Positions 12,320 through 25,062 of a stretch of DNA of 64,000 nucleotides are shown here, piece by piece (the first letter of the stretch is position 1; every line of letters begins with the position of its first letter). Source of the DNA: Camelus ferus. Taxonomy: Eukaryota. Below the pieces are notes generated by a model that searched no databases, was not told the DNA's origin, and saw nothing but the letters and a program-made list of their open reading frames with translations. A program made the translations under genes and the position numbers. The stretch covers positions 118,670,001 to 118,734,000 of the forward strand of contig NC_045696.1 in the NCBI RefSeq assembly GCF_009834535.1, in the 5' to 3' direction.

Positions 12320-13422
12320 AACATCATACATGTTCTAGAAGGTACAGGATGTCATGAGCACAAAGCGGAGAAGCAGGGGAAATTCAAAATGAAAACCCCA
12401 CCGCCTAGGATTAATGTCGGATTAGATGCTGTAGAAGAGACAGCAATATTGCTCTAAGATGTAGCAATAGAAATTATTAAAGAAAACAGAAAAAAAGGCC
12501 TAAAAACAAATGAGCAGTGTGCATCTGTGACTTGCAGGATAGTATCAAGCATGCATGTGTATAAATGGACTTACAGAAGAAGAGAGAAGGGGTAAAATGG
12601 AAAAAAATTTAAAGACACAATGGCTGAAAAATCCCCAAATTGGATGAAAACTACAAACCCATATCTAGAAAAATCTCAAGAAAAAAAAACCCTCTAAGCT
12701 AAGCAGAAGAAACATAAAGAAAACCACACTAAAGCCCCTCATAATCTTTTTTAAAAAACCTAAAAACAAAAAACCCAAAACAGAAAAGATGCTCAACCTC
12801 TATACGCTTACTAGGCTGGCTACACCGACAAGAGCAAACGTTGCCACGGGTGTGGAGTGACTGGACCGCTCACAGCACTGCCGGGGGATACAAAATGCAA
12901 CAGTTCGTAAAGCAGTTGGCAATTTCTTATGAGGTCTGACACTCACTCACCATATGACCCAGCAAGTCTACTCATAGGTATTGACCCAAGAAAAAAAAAA
13001 TACGTGTCCACACAAAGACGGGTAGGTGAATGTTCATCGCAGCTTCACTCCTAATAGCTAAAAACTGGGAACAACCCAAATGTGTTAAGCAGTGAATGTA
13101 CGAACAGAGGGTGGTTCAAGCTCACTGAAACATACATCAGCTTGGCTGATGCTCAGGAGAGTCCTGCGGAACGCACTCCATTCCATGAATCCACGTACAA
13201 GGCTTTTCTGAGACGGGTAAAACTGCAGAGGCAAAGCAAGGTGGGGGTGGTTTACTCCAAAGGGACATAAGGGAGTTTCTAGGGGTGATGGAAGTTCTCT
13301 GTCAGTGCTGTGGGGATGGCACGACTGTATACAGTTGTCAGAATTCCTTGAATGGCACTGTTAAAATTGGTGAATTTTATTTTATGCAAATGATACCTCA
13401 ATAAAGCTGATCCAAAAAAAAA
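12320..13422 (+). mobile_element. Old L1M remnant: ORF1-like piece abutting an ORF2 C-terminal/3' UTR piece
   Basis: ORF1-like caatggctgaaaaatccccaaattggatgaaaactacaaaccc. ORF2 3'-like ccatatgacccagcaagtctactcataggtatt. Ends in cctcaataaagctg plus an A-run. Confidence 0.7.
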
Positions 13423-14416
13423 AGAATGGTGCTATTTGACTAATAGTTGTGAGGTCTTGAGGGCTGGCTTATGAATTAAAGAAGCTCTCAGAAGCCCGTG
13501 GGAGTGGACTTCACCCCACCTCCCCAATTATGCAGCAGAAAGTCTAGAACAGGATGGTTACAAACTCTGAGAAAGCTGGGCCCAAGTGTCCAGACAAAGG
13601 CTGTCTATGACCCCAGCTGAGATTTCTCTTGTTTCTCTGCCACACCTTCTGTCTGCAGAAAAGCATGGGTGATGTCTGGGACTGGCGGTGACAGTGAACC
13701 AATTTAAATATTGAACTTACAGCAAGCACCGTGGGAATTACAGTCCTGTGACGAGCTGGGGATATTTAAACCCAGACGATAGAAAACTAACCATATGCCT
13801 AACTCCCCATCCAGAAATATTAGTGCAAATATTTTCATCTTTCACAGCAGAGGGTCAACCCAACAAAACTTACAATTGAAATGCATAGCTTTCAGAGAAC
13901 CCAACAAAATGACTCCAATTAATATTTTTCAGAATCTCTTTAACTCAAGAGGGATTTTCTAGGAAATAAATATCCCTTAAAATAAAAATTGGTCAGCAAT
14001 TAATTTAGTTTCTTTATGGTTTGCTTTTTTCCTGTTAAGTAAAGTGAAAGTTAGTACTTTAAAAAAATTAAATAGAGCACTTACAGTAGGATTCTATCTA
14101 CTAATATACCTCATTTCACAAGACACTAGTGCCTGTGAGACATACCATTCTATATACCACTAAGGAAGAAAATCACTGCCAGTTTAAGTAGGACACGATG
14201 CAAAGATGCCATGGATTAACAGATACACACGAATATCAAAGATGTGAAAAGTATGACTCAGAATCAATAAAATGTATTTCCATCCACCCACATGCATATG
14301 AAAAGGTTCCTGGAATAAAGTCACTTACATTTAATAATTATTTATCAGAGGGAGGATCAGAGGTCATTTTAAAACTTACCTTTTCTACATTAAAAAAAAA
14401 GTTCTTCATAACGAAG

Positions 14417-15853
14417 CTGGAGGCATAATCCCTCTCAGACTTGAGACAATACTACAGAGCTACAGCAAAACAGTGTGGTATTGGCATAAAAACGGACACA
14501 TGGATCAATGGAACAGACTAGAGAGCCCAGAAATAAACCCACACACCCATGGTCAATTAATCTTTGACAAAGGAGGCAAGAATATACAATGGAGAAAAGA
14601 CAGTCTCTCCAGCAAGTGGTGTTGGGAAAACTGGGCAGCTGCATGTAAATAAAGTTAGAACACTCCCTCACACCACACTCAAAAATAAACTCAAAATGGC
14701 TTAAAGACTTAAATATAAGACAGGACACCATACACCTCCTAGAAGAGAACACAGGCAAAACATTCTCTAATATAAATAGTAGCAAACTTTTCCTAGGTCA
14801 GTCTCCCAAGGCAACAGAAATAAAAGCAAAAATAAACATGTAAGACCTAATTAAACATAAGCTTTTGTATAGCTAAGGAAACCATAAACAAAAATGAAAA
14901 CACACCCAATGAAATGAGAGAACTATATTTGCAAATGATGCAACTGACAAAGGCATAATTTCCAGAATATATGAACAGCTCATACAACTTAATAACAAAC
15001 AAGCAACCCAAGCAAAAACAGGCAGAAGACCCAGACATTTCTCCAAAGAAGACATACAGGTGGCCAATAGGCACATGAAAAAATGTTTAATATCCCTCAT
15101 TAGCAGAGAAATGTACAATGAGGTATCACCTCATACCAGTCAGAATGGCCATCATTCAAAAGTCTACAAATAATAAATGCTAGAGAGGGTATAGAAAAGG
15201 GAACCCTCCTACACTGCTGGTGGGAATGCAAATTTGTGCAGCCACCATGGAGAACAGTATGGAGGTTCCTTAAAAAGCTACAAATAGACTTACCATATGA
15301 TCCATCAATATCTAGAGGGAACGCTAATTTGAAAAGACACACACACCCCAATGTTCATAGCAACACTGTTTACAGTAGCCAAGACATGGAACCAACCTAA
15401 ATGCCCATCAACAGATGACTGGATAAAAAAGTTGTGGTATATATATGCAATGGAATACTACTCAGCCATCAAAAAGAGTGAAATAATGCCATTTGCAGCA
15501 ACATGGATGGACCTAGAGATTATCATACTAAATGAAGTAAATCAGAGAAAGAAATAAAAATACCATATGATATCATTTGTATGTGGAGTCCAAAAAATGA
15601 CACAAATGAACTTATTTACAAAACAGAAACAGACTCACAGAGAACAAACTTATGGTTACCAGTTGGGGAGGAGAGGGGGGAGATATAAATTAGGAGTTTG
15701 GGATTAATTACAAATTAGTATATACATAAAATAGATAAACAACAAGGTCCTACTGTAGAATATGAAAAAGAATATATACATGTATAACTGAGTCACTGTG
15801 CTGTACACCAGAAAATAACACAACACTGCAAATTAACTATACTTCACTAAAAT
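14417..15853 (+). mobile_element. 5'-truncated L1, ~1.4 kb
   Basis: ORF2 remnant [42 protein letters not shown] followed by the 3' UTR. Diverged TSD at 14400-14416 and 15854-15870. Confidence 0.93.
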
Positions 15854-16992
15854 AGTTCTTTGTAATGAAGATGTATTTACAAAAATAAATGGTTTTTATT
15901 CAAAGAAAAAATAACTGGAAGTAAATACGCAAAAATATTAACAGTGGGTGGTTCTGGGTGTGGTGATAGAGGATGATATTTCTCCTTGGTTCACTGCTGC
16001 ATTTTAAAGCAATTCTTAAAACTGGAAAAACTAAAACTGGGCTGGACATGCTTGGACGAAAGGGGTTTCTGGCGGGCTGCCTGCTCTGCAGGTGACAACG
16101 GGTCATCCATCTGCCTGGACAGTCCCTCTTCTGACAGTAAATCCTATGTCCCACGCCTCCTTCGTTATTCAAATGAGTGGGGTGATGCACAGGGAAAGGT
16201 ACTTCTGATTCGATTCCAGGGCAGTGGTACTTGGTTTTTTTTTAGGGTCCCTCAGAATCCCTAACAGGCAGATTCCTGTGTCCATCCCCAAGAGTCTGAC
16301 CCCAAAGGTCTGGGGTGGGGCTCAGGAGGCCCCGTTTTAAGCGCCCAGATAATCCCTGTGTCTGGCCTCAGCTTCAGGGCCCCCTCAGCACAACCTCCTA
16401 TCTGCTCTCCACATCCAGCATCACCTGGAGCCTTCCCCGAGCCTCCCTGCCATCATGAGGCACCTGCTGCCCACCGCACACCACACGGGGCCCTGGAGGG
16501 CTGACCCTCTCCGAGCTTGGCGAAAAGGACAAGTGGCGAGGGGGACTCACGGGACTTCATCCCCTCCGGCCGGGAAAGGCGGGGAGCTCAACTCTGACCC
16601 GCGTTCCTGGCCGGGACTCCGTGGGCGTGGATTCTTCCCTAGAAAGTTTAAGTCTGTGAAATGTGCAGCAGTGAGAAAAGCCCTTCCCTCGCACAGCAGA
16701 GACACACCCCTCTCTCCAGCTCTTCCGCTCGTCGCCTGGGCTGCCCCAGACTCCAGCACCACCCGCAGCAAACACCATCCTAGGCGCCTGACAAAGATCT
16801 GTCACCCTGTTCGGTGCGTCTGTTCCCATGTGAACATAAGTCTGAGGTGTTAATTCTCTCTCCCCGACATAATGCAAAAGAAAATTCATTTCCTCGGTGT
16901 AGCTGTTTGGTTTAGTTTTGTTCTTTCTAAATTTCTACTTCACGTCAGCTGTTTTTCATTAATATGTGGGCCATTTCTGGTGGCTCTTGGCC

Positions 16993-17140
16993 CAGGGCTT
17001 CTCAAACTTTAATGTGCGTAAGAATCCCCCAGGATCTTATTAAAACGCAGATTCTGACTCAGCAGGCCTTGGTGGGGTGCGGGAGTCTGCATTTTGAACA
17101 AGCTCCCAGGTGACGCCCAGGCTGCTGGATCCTGGGCTGG
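16993..17140. mobile_element. MER5-like hAT DNA transposon remnant
   Basis: cagggcttctcaaactttaatgtgc...cagattctgactcagcagg...tctgcattttgaacaagctcccaggtga. Confidence 0.75.
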
Positions 17141-17439
17141 AACGAACAGCATGGATGGCTGACGGATGAAAGGATGCTCCTTCAGCCTGTTTTTGCCCAT
17201 AATAAAATAAAAGCCAAATGGGCATCCGTTCCTACCACAGGGCCATAAATTGCTGTGTTCTTTTTTTCCTGAGGTTTGCAGGAAATTTGTAGCGTACCCC
17301 CCACCTCTGGTTGACAGGGAGTCAGCAAGTAGGAAAGTCAAATTCCTCTTCATTGTCAATTTTTGCATCTGCTGTTTACTGAACTGCAAATGATCAGTTA
17401 CATACGAAGCAGAAGATCTAGCAATTTAAAAACAGTCAC

Positions 17440-17466
17440 CAGGTGCTGGGTTCAATCCCCAGTGCC

Positions 17467-17505
<39 letters not shown>

Positions 17506-17540
17506 CTAATTGCCTCCCCCCACCAAAAAATTTTAAAAAT
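17440..17540 (+). mobile_element. 5'-truncated Vic-1-type SINE with (AATC)9 at 17470-17505
   Basis: B-box ggttcaatcc and the cctaattgcctcccccc tail motif shared with the other copies. Confidence 0.8.
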
Positions 17541-18690
17541 GATTTTAATTATAAAACTGAGTAGGGGCTTAATACGAGGCAATGCAAGCTGGCTAGCTCT
17601 GGAAGGGTGACTTTTTATTTAATTAAACCAGAAAACTGCTGTCAGCTGCAGGATGGATCTTTTGCCTTGAAGGGGAACAGAGAAACTCAAAGAGGCAGCT
17701 GTGGTAACGTCCTCACAGTTTTGAATTCAACCGAGCAGAAAGTTTGGAGGGTGGACCAGAGAGTCATTTTACATTTAGCTGTCCAAGGTCTAGAGTGAAA
17801 TAATGTTTCTGTGTTATTATTATTCAAGGTCCCAAACACTGACAAAGAAAAGTAAAGACCATTGAGACAAAACTCACAAAAGTTCCGAGGCACAGACACA
17901 ATGTTGTTTTACAAATCATGTCATGTTATATAACCACACAGAGAAAAGCCAGGAGACTGCAGAGCAAGAGACCGCTGGACGGTAGGGCCACGTTTACCTC
18001 TGGTTGTGCTGTTCTGACATTTTCTACAACAAAAATACAATACTTTTACAATGAAAGTAATAAAACTCAATTCTTTTAAAATGGTCATGCTGAGACAGAA
18101 AGACAGAAGGAAGGGAGGGAAGGACAAACAGACTGAAAGGAAAAGAAGGAAAGAAGCGAACAAGCGGATGTAGATGGTTATCCCCTTGAAGGAAAATTCC
18201 TTTCAAATGGCAATTCCTTTATCCATTTCTCCGGATTATGCCCCCCTCAATTCTTTCCTTTTTTCCCCCTGGGATCACATCGACATTAGGCTGCGATTAT
18301 ACTTTAAAGTGCTGCATGAAAGCTGAGTGACCAGCATGTTCAAATTCCCAGGCATCCATCTGTAGTCAGCGTTCTCGATTTCACAAAGCAGCTGCACTGA
18401 CGAACCCGACAGGGCTTTGAGGAGGAAATGCAAGGCCCTCTCCCTTCTCGGCAGAATCCACAGCGTGCGGACCGCTGGAGTCCCCAGGTCCCCCCCCCCC
18501 CCCCCGCCGTGAGCCGCACTGCCCAGCTACCGTGCCCGCAGACGCACCCCCCCCCCGAACCCTGCAGAGAGCAGACCTCTCCCTGGACCTCGGTGACCAC
18601 GCCCTTGAGCGGCTGATACCGTGCCACTAGGGAACAGTCCCGCTGACAGGACGAAACCTGCTGGAAACAAACAGCGTTCGCGCACCGTAC

Positions 18691-18800
18691 CTTTAGGATG
18701 GTGATGTTCCAGGTAAAGCTCTCCACGGCCTTCTGCAGCTTGCGCTCCTTCAGCCCCTCCTTGGTGCCTATGCTGTGCAGGTGCTCGTGGAATTCCATGG
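18691..18800 (-). CDS. PLCL2: PLCL2 penultimate coding exon (110 nt): (A)[36 protein letters not shown]
   Basis: Acceptor ttctcgttcctttcag|CC ATG and donor AAG|gtacgg. It is the first 36 aa of ORF 18340..18798. Phases fit both neighbouring exons and the peptide is recognisable as PLCL2. Confidence 0.95.
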
Positions 18801-18943
18801 CTGAAAGGAACGAGAAGACGCAGGCTGTTACTGCCCGTCTGATCTGTGGGAATGACCGGCGATATTCATTCTCCTCGGCGTAGTGAAAACGATTCCCCTC
18901 CCCACTGGGAACCCATGAAGTGCCTACTGAAGACCGTAGCAGT

Positions 18944-19123
18944 GGGGCGGGTGTGTGGCTCAGAGGTAGAGCGCGTGCTTAGCGCACAAGGTCCTGGGTT
19001 CAATCCCCAGCACCTCCATTAAAAATAATAAATGAATTTTAAAAAGATAATCACATCCCCCCCTAAAAAATGTTAAAAATAAACAAACACATGGTAGAAT
19101 TTTTAAAAAATTAAAAAATGAAA
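18944..19123 (+). mobile_element. Vic-1-type tRNA-derived SINE
   Basis: A box tggctcagaggtaga, B box ggttcaatcc, A-rich tail, degenerate TSD gtagca(g/a)tgggg. Confidence 0.88.
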
Positions 19124-19249
19124 AGGAATGTAGCAATGGGGGAAACACGGACAATTCACGGCATCAGCAAGGCGGGAGGATCTTAGAGGGGGCGACCGAT
19201 CCTCGTGCTTCTGAAGGGCAGTCAGGGCACGTGTGATTGTTCTGTTTTA

Positions 19250-19345
19250 TTTTAGAGATGAGGCAACTGAGGCTCAGCAAGGTTCAGAGATTGAGGCTGT
19301 GGACGGTGCAGGAGGAAGAGCTGGACCAGAACCCAGGTCTCGGGA
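19250..19345 (-). mobile_element. MIR fragment
   Basis: Core ttttagagatgaggcaactgaggctcag. Confidence 0.65.
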
Positions 19346-19579
19346 ACCTCAGAGGTGCATTGCAGCTCTGCTGAGGACGTGGTGTTGGCCACTGGGGATG
19401 AAAAGAGTGCAAAGTGATGTGTTTCCTGTCCCCGCAAGAGTCGGTCTGAGGGCAGATCCCTAAGCCTACTGTAGGGGGGAGGGGAGGGGAAAAGCCCAAG
19501 AGCCTAACTCTGCATCTGTGACTCTTCACCAGAACTGAACGTCATCAGCGAACGCTCCCCACTGTCATTCGAAGTAGTC

Positions 19580-19950
19580 TCAGCGCAGAGTGGGGTGACA
19601 GACCTTTACCTGTTTGACACTACAACTCATGGGTTTTTTACATATTCATCTGCAGTTACTTATTCCATCTCTGGCCAATGGGAGCCCTTCAGACTGGTTC
19701 CTATGTCCTTTTGAAATCACCGGTTGGCCTCTTGATACTTCCCTTGCTTCCTGACACATGACATTCTAGACTCGCCAGCACACTTCTCATCTCAGATCTG
19801 GGACGGGGCATTTCCCCAAGGGCCTCTGGATGTTTAAAGTGGGGATGGTGTTTAAAGGCCACAATCTGGGGGCTGGGGGTGCTCATTGTTACTGAGTTTT
19901 CATGGATTTTTAGGTCTTTTTATTGAACAGATCTTGGGTACATAGATATA
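19580..19950 (-). mobile_element. Old L1MC-like 3' fragment
   Basis: catttccccaagggcc...acaatctgggggctgggggtgctcattgttactg resembles the L1MC4/5 3' region. Confidence 0.55.
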
Positions 19951-21276
19951 TTTTTTTTTTAAGGGAAGAATAAGATCTTGGTAATACTTCAAATTTAAGT
20001 ATACAAGATTTTTACATAATTTTTAAAAATTACGCTTATTTCTTTTCTCAGACAGAAAATCATTCTTAACCACATCCACATAACTAATAGTAAAACTGCT
20101 AAATACACTTAAACTCTGCAACTCGTTTGTTTTTTTTTTTTTGTCCTTAGTGTATATCTCACTGAGAATGTACAGTAAAAATATTGTGTTCTATAGTCAG
20201 AATAATTTTTTTTTACATAGTTCTGTCACTAACAAAGTACAATTCGGTTCATGTGTTTCCTTCTTTTTTTTTTTTTTTTTTTTTTTTCTTTTTTGGATGT
20301 ACTTTGTCTTATGAATCCAAAGTCAAACTACATATCAGGGTGTGTTCAGGTAAGTCTGACTTTCTTCCTGGTCTCCTCTGCCCTCATCCCTCCCTCCCCT
20401 TATACATTTTTATTAGTTCTTAATTTCTCTTATGGCCTGGTTTCTCCTTGAAAATCCAAGTACATGTGTCTCTGTGTTCACAGTCCTCCATTTCTCGCAC
20501 AGAAGCAGCACACTGCAGACCTGCCTCGTGTCACACATGTGGTCGTCACGCCGTCCAGTGTATGGACCTCGTCCTCACCCTCTGTCTGTCTAACAGCTGC
20601 ACAGACCCCAGCGTGTGGGTGGGCTGGCGCTTGCTAACCAGTCCCCTGATGGACCAATGGACATGGCTTCAAATCCTTGGCCATTACAAACAACGTGGAG
20701 CAGCTGTAATTCTCACATTTCCTGTGTACTTTCATACGTCTACTGTTCAGCTGGGCATCCGGATTTCTGACTCTCCTTCTATGCAACCTTTCCGAAGCAG
20801 CTCCTCACACAGTGACTGACAGCATCTTTATTCCTGAGTGTCTTTCAACGGAGAGCAGGGACTGCCACACACACGATAAATACAGTAACCTGCTGGTTTA
20901 GTGTGTCTTCCAATTTTTTTTCCCTCCTGAAAGAAACTATGGTCCTAATTCCTGTCATGCTAATAAGGCTTAAGAACCTCACTGGTTTCAAAAAAAAAAA
21001 CAACCCAGTAAAATTCATTATGTTGTCTAGGGAACCACCACATTGACCACCCTCCTCTTCCAAAAGCTCTTTTGCCAACACCCCAGCTTGGTTCACTAAA
21101 CACCCTCCCCGATGCTGCTGGTGACCTGGCTCTCCCAGGGGGCCACACCCCCACATCTAGTTCAGATTTTTACTAGATGTGCTTGGCTTAATACACCAAA
21201 AAAAGAAAAAAGAAAAATAATAACCATGAGTTGGTAGTGATGATGTTCTAAAACCCAGGATTTCTGTTAGAGTAAA

Positions 21277-21330
21277 ACACACAGACACACATATGTGTGC
21301 ACACACACACAGTACACACACACACACACA
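21277..21330. repeat. Imperfect (CA)n microsatellite
   Basis: Interrupted CA runs, read directly. Confidence 0.8.
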
Positions 21331-22322
21331 CTTTGTCCCCTGGTCAGGTCTGAGAGACTCCCTGGCGTGTACCTTGCTGATTCAGACCCACTTCCTAGAA
21401 CATGACCAGGTGAAGCCTGATGGGCTGGCTTTTCAGCATGATCTGGATTTCAGGACATGAGTTATTAATATTCATAACGTTTCTATTTCTGATAGTCAAG
21501 AAGCACTAGTCTTATAAGAGTTTTGGCAGATGGAATTCAGGACTGGAACAGGGGAAAGAGGAGAGACACAGGAGAGGCGGAGGAGGGGTGACTCTCTGTA
21601 ACGAGGTCCACACCTGTATGGTGACCAAGGTGCACAGGAAAAGCATCTGGGAAGGGAAACAGAAGCGACACTCACACGGGACTACACAGGACAACTGCCT
21701 GACCAGAGGCGGGCTATTTAAGATGCTTTCTTGTTGCAGATTTCAAAACTGGCACGGAGGTGGAATATCACAAAACTGGGGGATTTTTCAACTGCCCAAA
21801 TGTCTGCGTGGAAGCCCCGCTGCTCTGGAGGCAGATGGTTCATCCTGCCCTGCTGAGCATCCGATCACCACAAAGGCAGCGAGGCAAGGACCAGGCCAGC
21901 CACGTCGTGCTTCACTCCAGCCGACAAGAAAGAATTTCAGGTAACAAAGCATGGGACTGCGGAAGGAGGGCGGGGATGCTGAGCTTGGAGAAGCAGCAAC
22001 CCCAGATTTTAAGAAAGCAGCTTTTAGAAAGTTCAGAAGGACACGGGGCCAGAGGCAGCAACAAAATAAGCTGCCCCGAAAAGGACTGAGAACCCAAGGA
22101 CGAAACACAGTCAAGATAATAAAAAATGCTATTGATGAGGATGAAACGGGGAAACATTGAAAGAAACAGGTATGGCTGTCTAAAGAGCTCATGTTTTACA
22201 TGTCTGCTAAAAAGGGGCAAACCCCCTTCTCTTCCCCCTCTTAAAGTATCTGTAATTCAATAAAAGTCCACAGGGAAGTGAAAAATGTGTTATTAATGAA
22301 GTTCTTTAAAAATGGGCACAAA

Positions 22323-23057
22323 CTCTCCTGCACTGTTGGTGGGAATGTAGTTTGGTGCAGCCACTATGGAAAACAGTATAGAGATTCCTTAAAAAACTAA
22401 AAATAGACTTACCCTATGATCCAGCAATCCCACTCCTGGGCATATATCCTGGAGAAAACTCTAATTTGAAAAGACACATGCACCCCAATGTTCACAGCAG
22501 CACTATTTACAGTAGCTGAGACATGGAAACAGCCTAAATGTCCATTGACAGATGGCTGGATAAAGAAGATGTGGTGTATTTATACAATAGAATACTACTC
22601 AGCCACAAAAAATGAATGAAATAATGCCATTTGCAGCAATAGGGATGGACCTGGAGAATGTTATATTAAGTGAAGTAAGCCCGAAAGAGAAAGAAAAATA
22701 ACATAATATCACTTATATGTGGAATCTAAAAAAAAAAAGACACAAATGAACTTACTTACAAAACAGAAACATACTCACAGACATAGAAAACAAACTTACG
22801 GTTACCACAGGGGAAATGGGGTGGGAAGGGATAAATTGGGAATTTGAGATTTGTAGATACTAACTACTGTATATAAAATAGATTTTAAAAAAAAGGTCCT
22901 ACTGTACAGCACAGGGAGCTATATTCATTATCTTGTAGTAACCTATAATGAAAAAGAATATAAAAAGGAACATATGTATGGATATGTATTACTGAAACAT
23001 TATGCTGTGCACCAGAAATTGACACATTGTAAACTGACTACCTTAAAAAAAAAAAAA
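22323..23057 (+). mobile_element. 5'-truncated L1, ~735 bp
   Basis: ORF2 C-terminus, 3' UTR and A-tail. TSD gggcacaaa at 22314-22322 and 23058-23066, preceded by a TT/AAAA endonuclease site. Confidence 0.93.
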
Positions 23058-23528
23058 GGGCACAAAAAGGTGATAAGTTGAAAATGAAAGTTACATTAAA
23101 AACATAAAACCCCAGATTTTAAAAAGTGAACAAGACTGTTAGACCCCTCGTTACATCATTGCTTGGTTTGCTACGTAACACATCTGTTTCTTTACAAAGA
23201 TTTTTATATTATTAACTTCTAGACTCATCTTTGCAAATGTTCTGCCAACCCACTGATATGCAGTTTGTTGATTTTATTTTTTCAGCAAATAAAAGGATTC
23301 TCACCTTGACCTGTTGTCAAGCTTGTACCTCTCACTGCTCCCCCATGAGCACAAAGCCCAGGCCAAACACTTTGGGGAACACATTCAGGGGAGACAAACG
23401 GGAACTCGCCAGGGACTTGACAACCTGGGGAGAGGCTAGAGGATTTCCCAGGGAAATGAGAAGGAAAAGGGCTGGACTATCGGTTTGTCTGAGCTCAATG
23501 GCCCAGGGTTTTCCAACTATCATGCATT

Positions 23529-23704
23529 ATTTTTTTTAATAGTTTATTTATTTTGTTTGTAGAGGTTTTTTTTTGTTTGTTTTTTTGCAGGGGTGGGTAA
23601 TTGGGTTTATTTATTTAGTTAATTTTATGGAGGCGCTGGGGATGGAACCCAGGACCTCAGGCATGCTAAGCATGTGCTCTTAACCACTGAGCTACACCCT
23701 CCCC
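23529..23704 (-). mobile_element. Vic-1-type SINE
   Basis: Reverse complement of the tRNA head (gaacccaggacctcaggcatgctaagcatgtgctcttaaccactgagctacaccctcccc), T-rich tail, TSD core tcatgcat. Confidence 0.88.
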
Positions 23705-24447
23705 TTCATGCATCTTTTCTATATAAGAGTCTCGGCCCCTAACACGAGCTCTTGAGATGGTTGTGTGGATCCAGCAGTCACGCTGTGAGGTACCCGTTGC
23801 AGGAGCTGTCGGATGGGCACTGACCCAGTCCTAAGGGAGCGCAGCGGGGGGAGAACGAGGTTGTGCCACGGCCCTGGCTCAGTCCACGTGTAATGAGCAA
23901 GTGTGATGATATATCTAAGATGCGAATGGCACTGTTCCCTTGGTACTGAACTAACTACCAGGAAATCTGCTCTAACGTGTCACAGAGAGGCTTCGCATCT
24001 GCAGTGACTACAGAGAACCTGTCTGGGCTACAGGCTAGCTAACTTTCTCTCTAGTTCCCAAACGCCTTTCAGCAAAGACACATGAGCCCAGGGAAAAAGT
24101 CCTTATCTTACTAAGAAATGTAAAAGCAGCATCTCTTTTCCTCCTGTAGGTCAAACCATTCTGCCCAAAGAGCAGAGAAATTTTAAAGTCACTGGTGAAA
24201 ATCAGGTGAGGAGAAACTTTCAGACTAAGCTGCCACCTTCCCCTGCCCCCGACAAAGAAGCTAAGTTGCTTTTGTCTTTAAATTCCTCGCTCTTTCATTA
24301 GTGTGAGGTGGTGGGGTTCGGAGCCAGAGGACAGTGAAGAGGTTTGGAGTCCCCATGGTGGGGGTGAGGAGGGGCGTTGACCCGTGGGAGGATGAGCTTG
24401 GGGTGGACCAGGAGCTGGGGTGAATCCCTGGCTGCAATCAGTCAAAA

Positions 24448-24510
24448 CATCTGAAACTAACACGACACTGTACATCAACTATATTTCAATAAAAATAAAT
24501 TTTAAAAAAA
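24448..24510 (+). mobile_element. Very short L1 3'-end fragment
   Basis: catctgaaactaacacgacactgtacatcaactatatttcaataaaaa. Confidence 0.7.
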
Positions 24511-24996
24511 GTAACGGAGGCAGGGAGGTCAGTTAGGAGGCTGTCACGGCAATCTGCGAATTTTAAGAGCACAGGGCCTCAACCGTAAGAGTGATGTTGG
24601 GGAATGGGTAATGTGGCTTCGGGGGAGTTTTAGAGGATCCGGGAACAGGCTTCGCAGAAAAGTCACATGGAGCCTGGAGCGTGGATCTCAAAGCAGAGTG
24701 GACAACAGAATAGTGGAGGTGCGGGTTGAAAATGCAGGTCTTCTGCCTTTCCCTCCACCACCCCCAACACAGGGGACTCTGAGTCAGAAGGTTTAGCAAG
24801 CACCCAGAAGCTTCCCACGCAAGAGGGCTAGGATCACTCTGAGGAAAACCAGACTAGGGAGACAGGGAGATGGGACTGAGGGACGGAAAGTCATGCTCAA
24901 GACGGGAGTGGCTCCAGCAGATGTCAGAGGGCCATGAGTCCAGGGGCATCTCCCGAAGTCTCAGAATTGTGACACTGTCAACTCCATTCTAATCGA

Positions 24997-25062
24997 AGGA
25001 AGGAAGGAAGGAAAAGAGAAAGAGGGAAGGAGGGGGGAGACAGACAGACAGACAGACAGACA
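24997..25062. repeat. Compound (GGAA)n / purine tract / (CAGA)n simple repeat
   Basis: Read directly. Confidence 0.8.

Noticed and set aside
18340..18690. Extension of the ORF beyond ...NITILK
   Set aside because: Intronic read-through past the GT donor at 18690. PLCL2 similarity resumes only at 6844.
18944..19020. tRNA-like sequence with A and B boxes
   Set aside because: Multi-copy in the window with A-rich tails and TSDs, so these are SINE heads and not tRNA genes.
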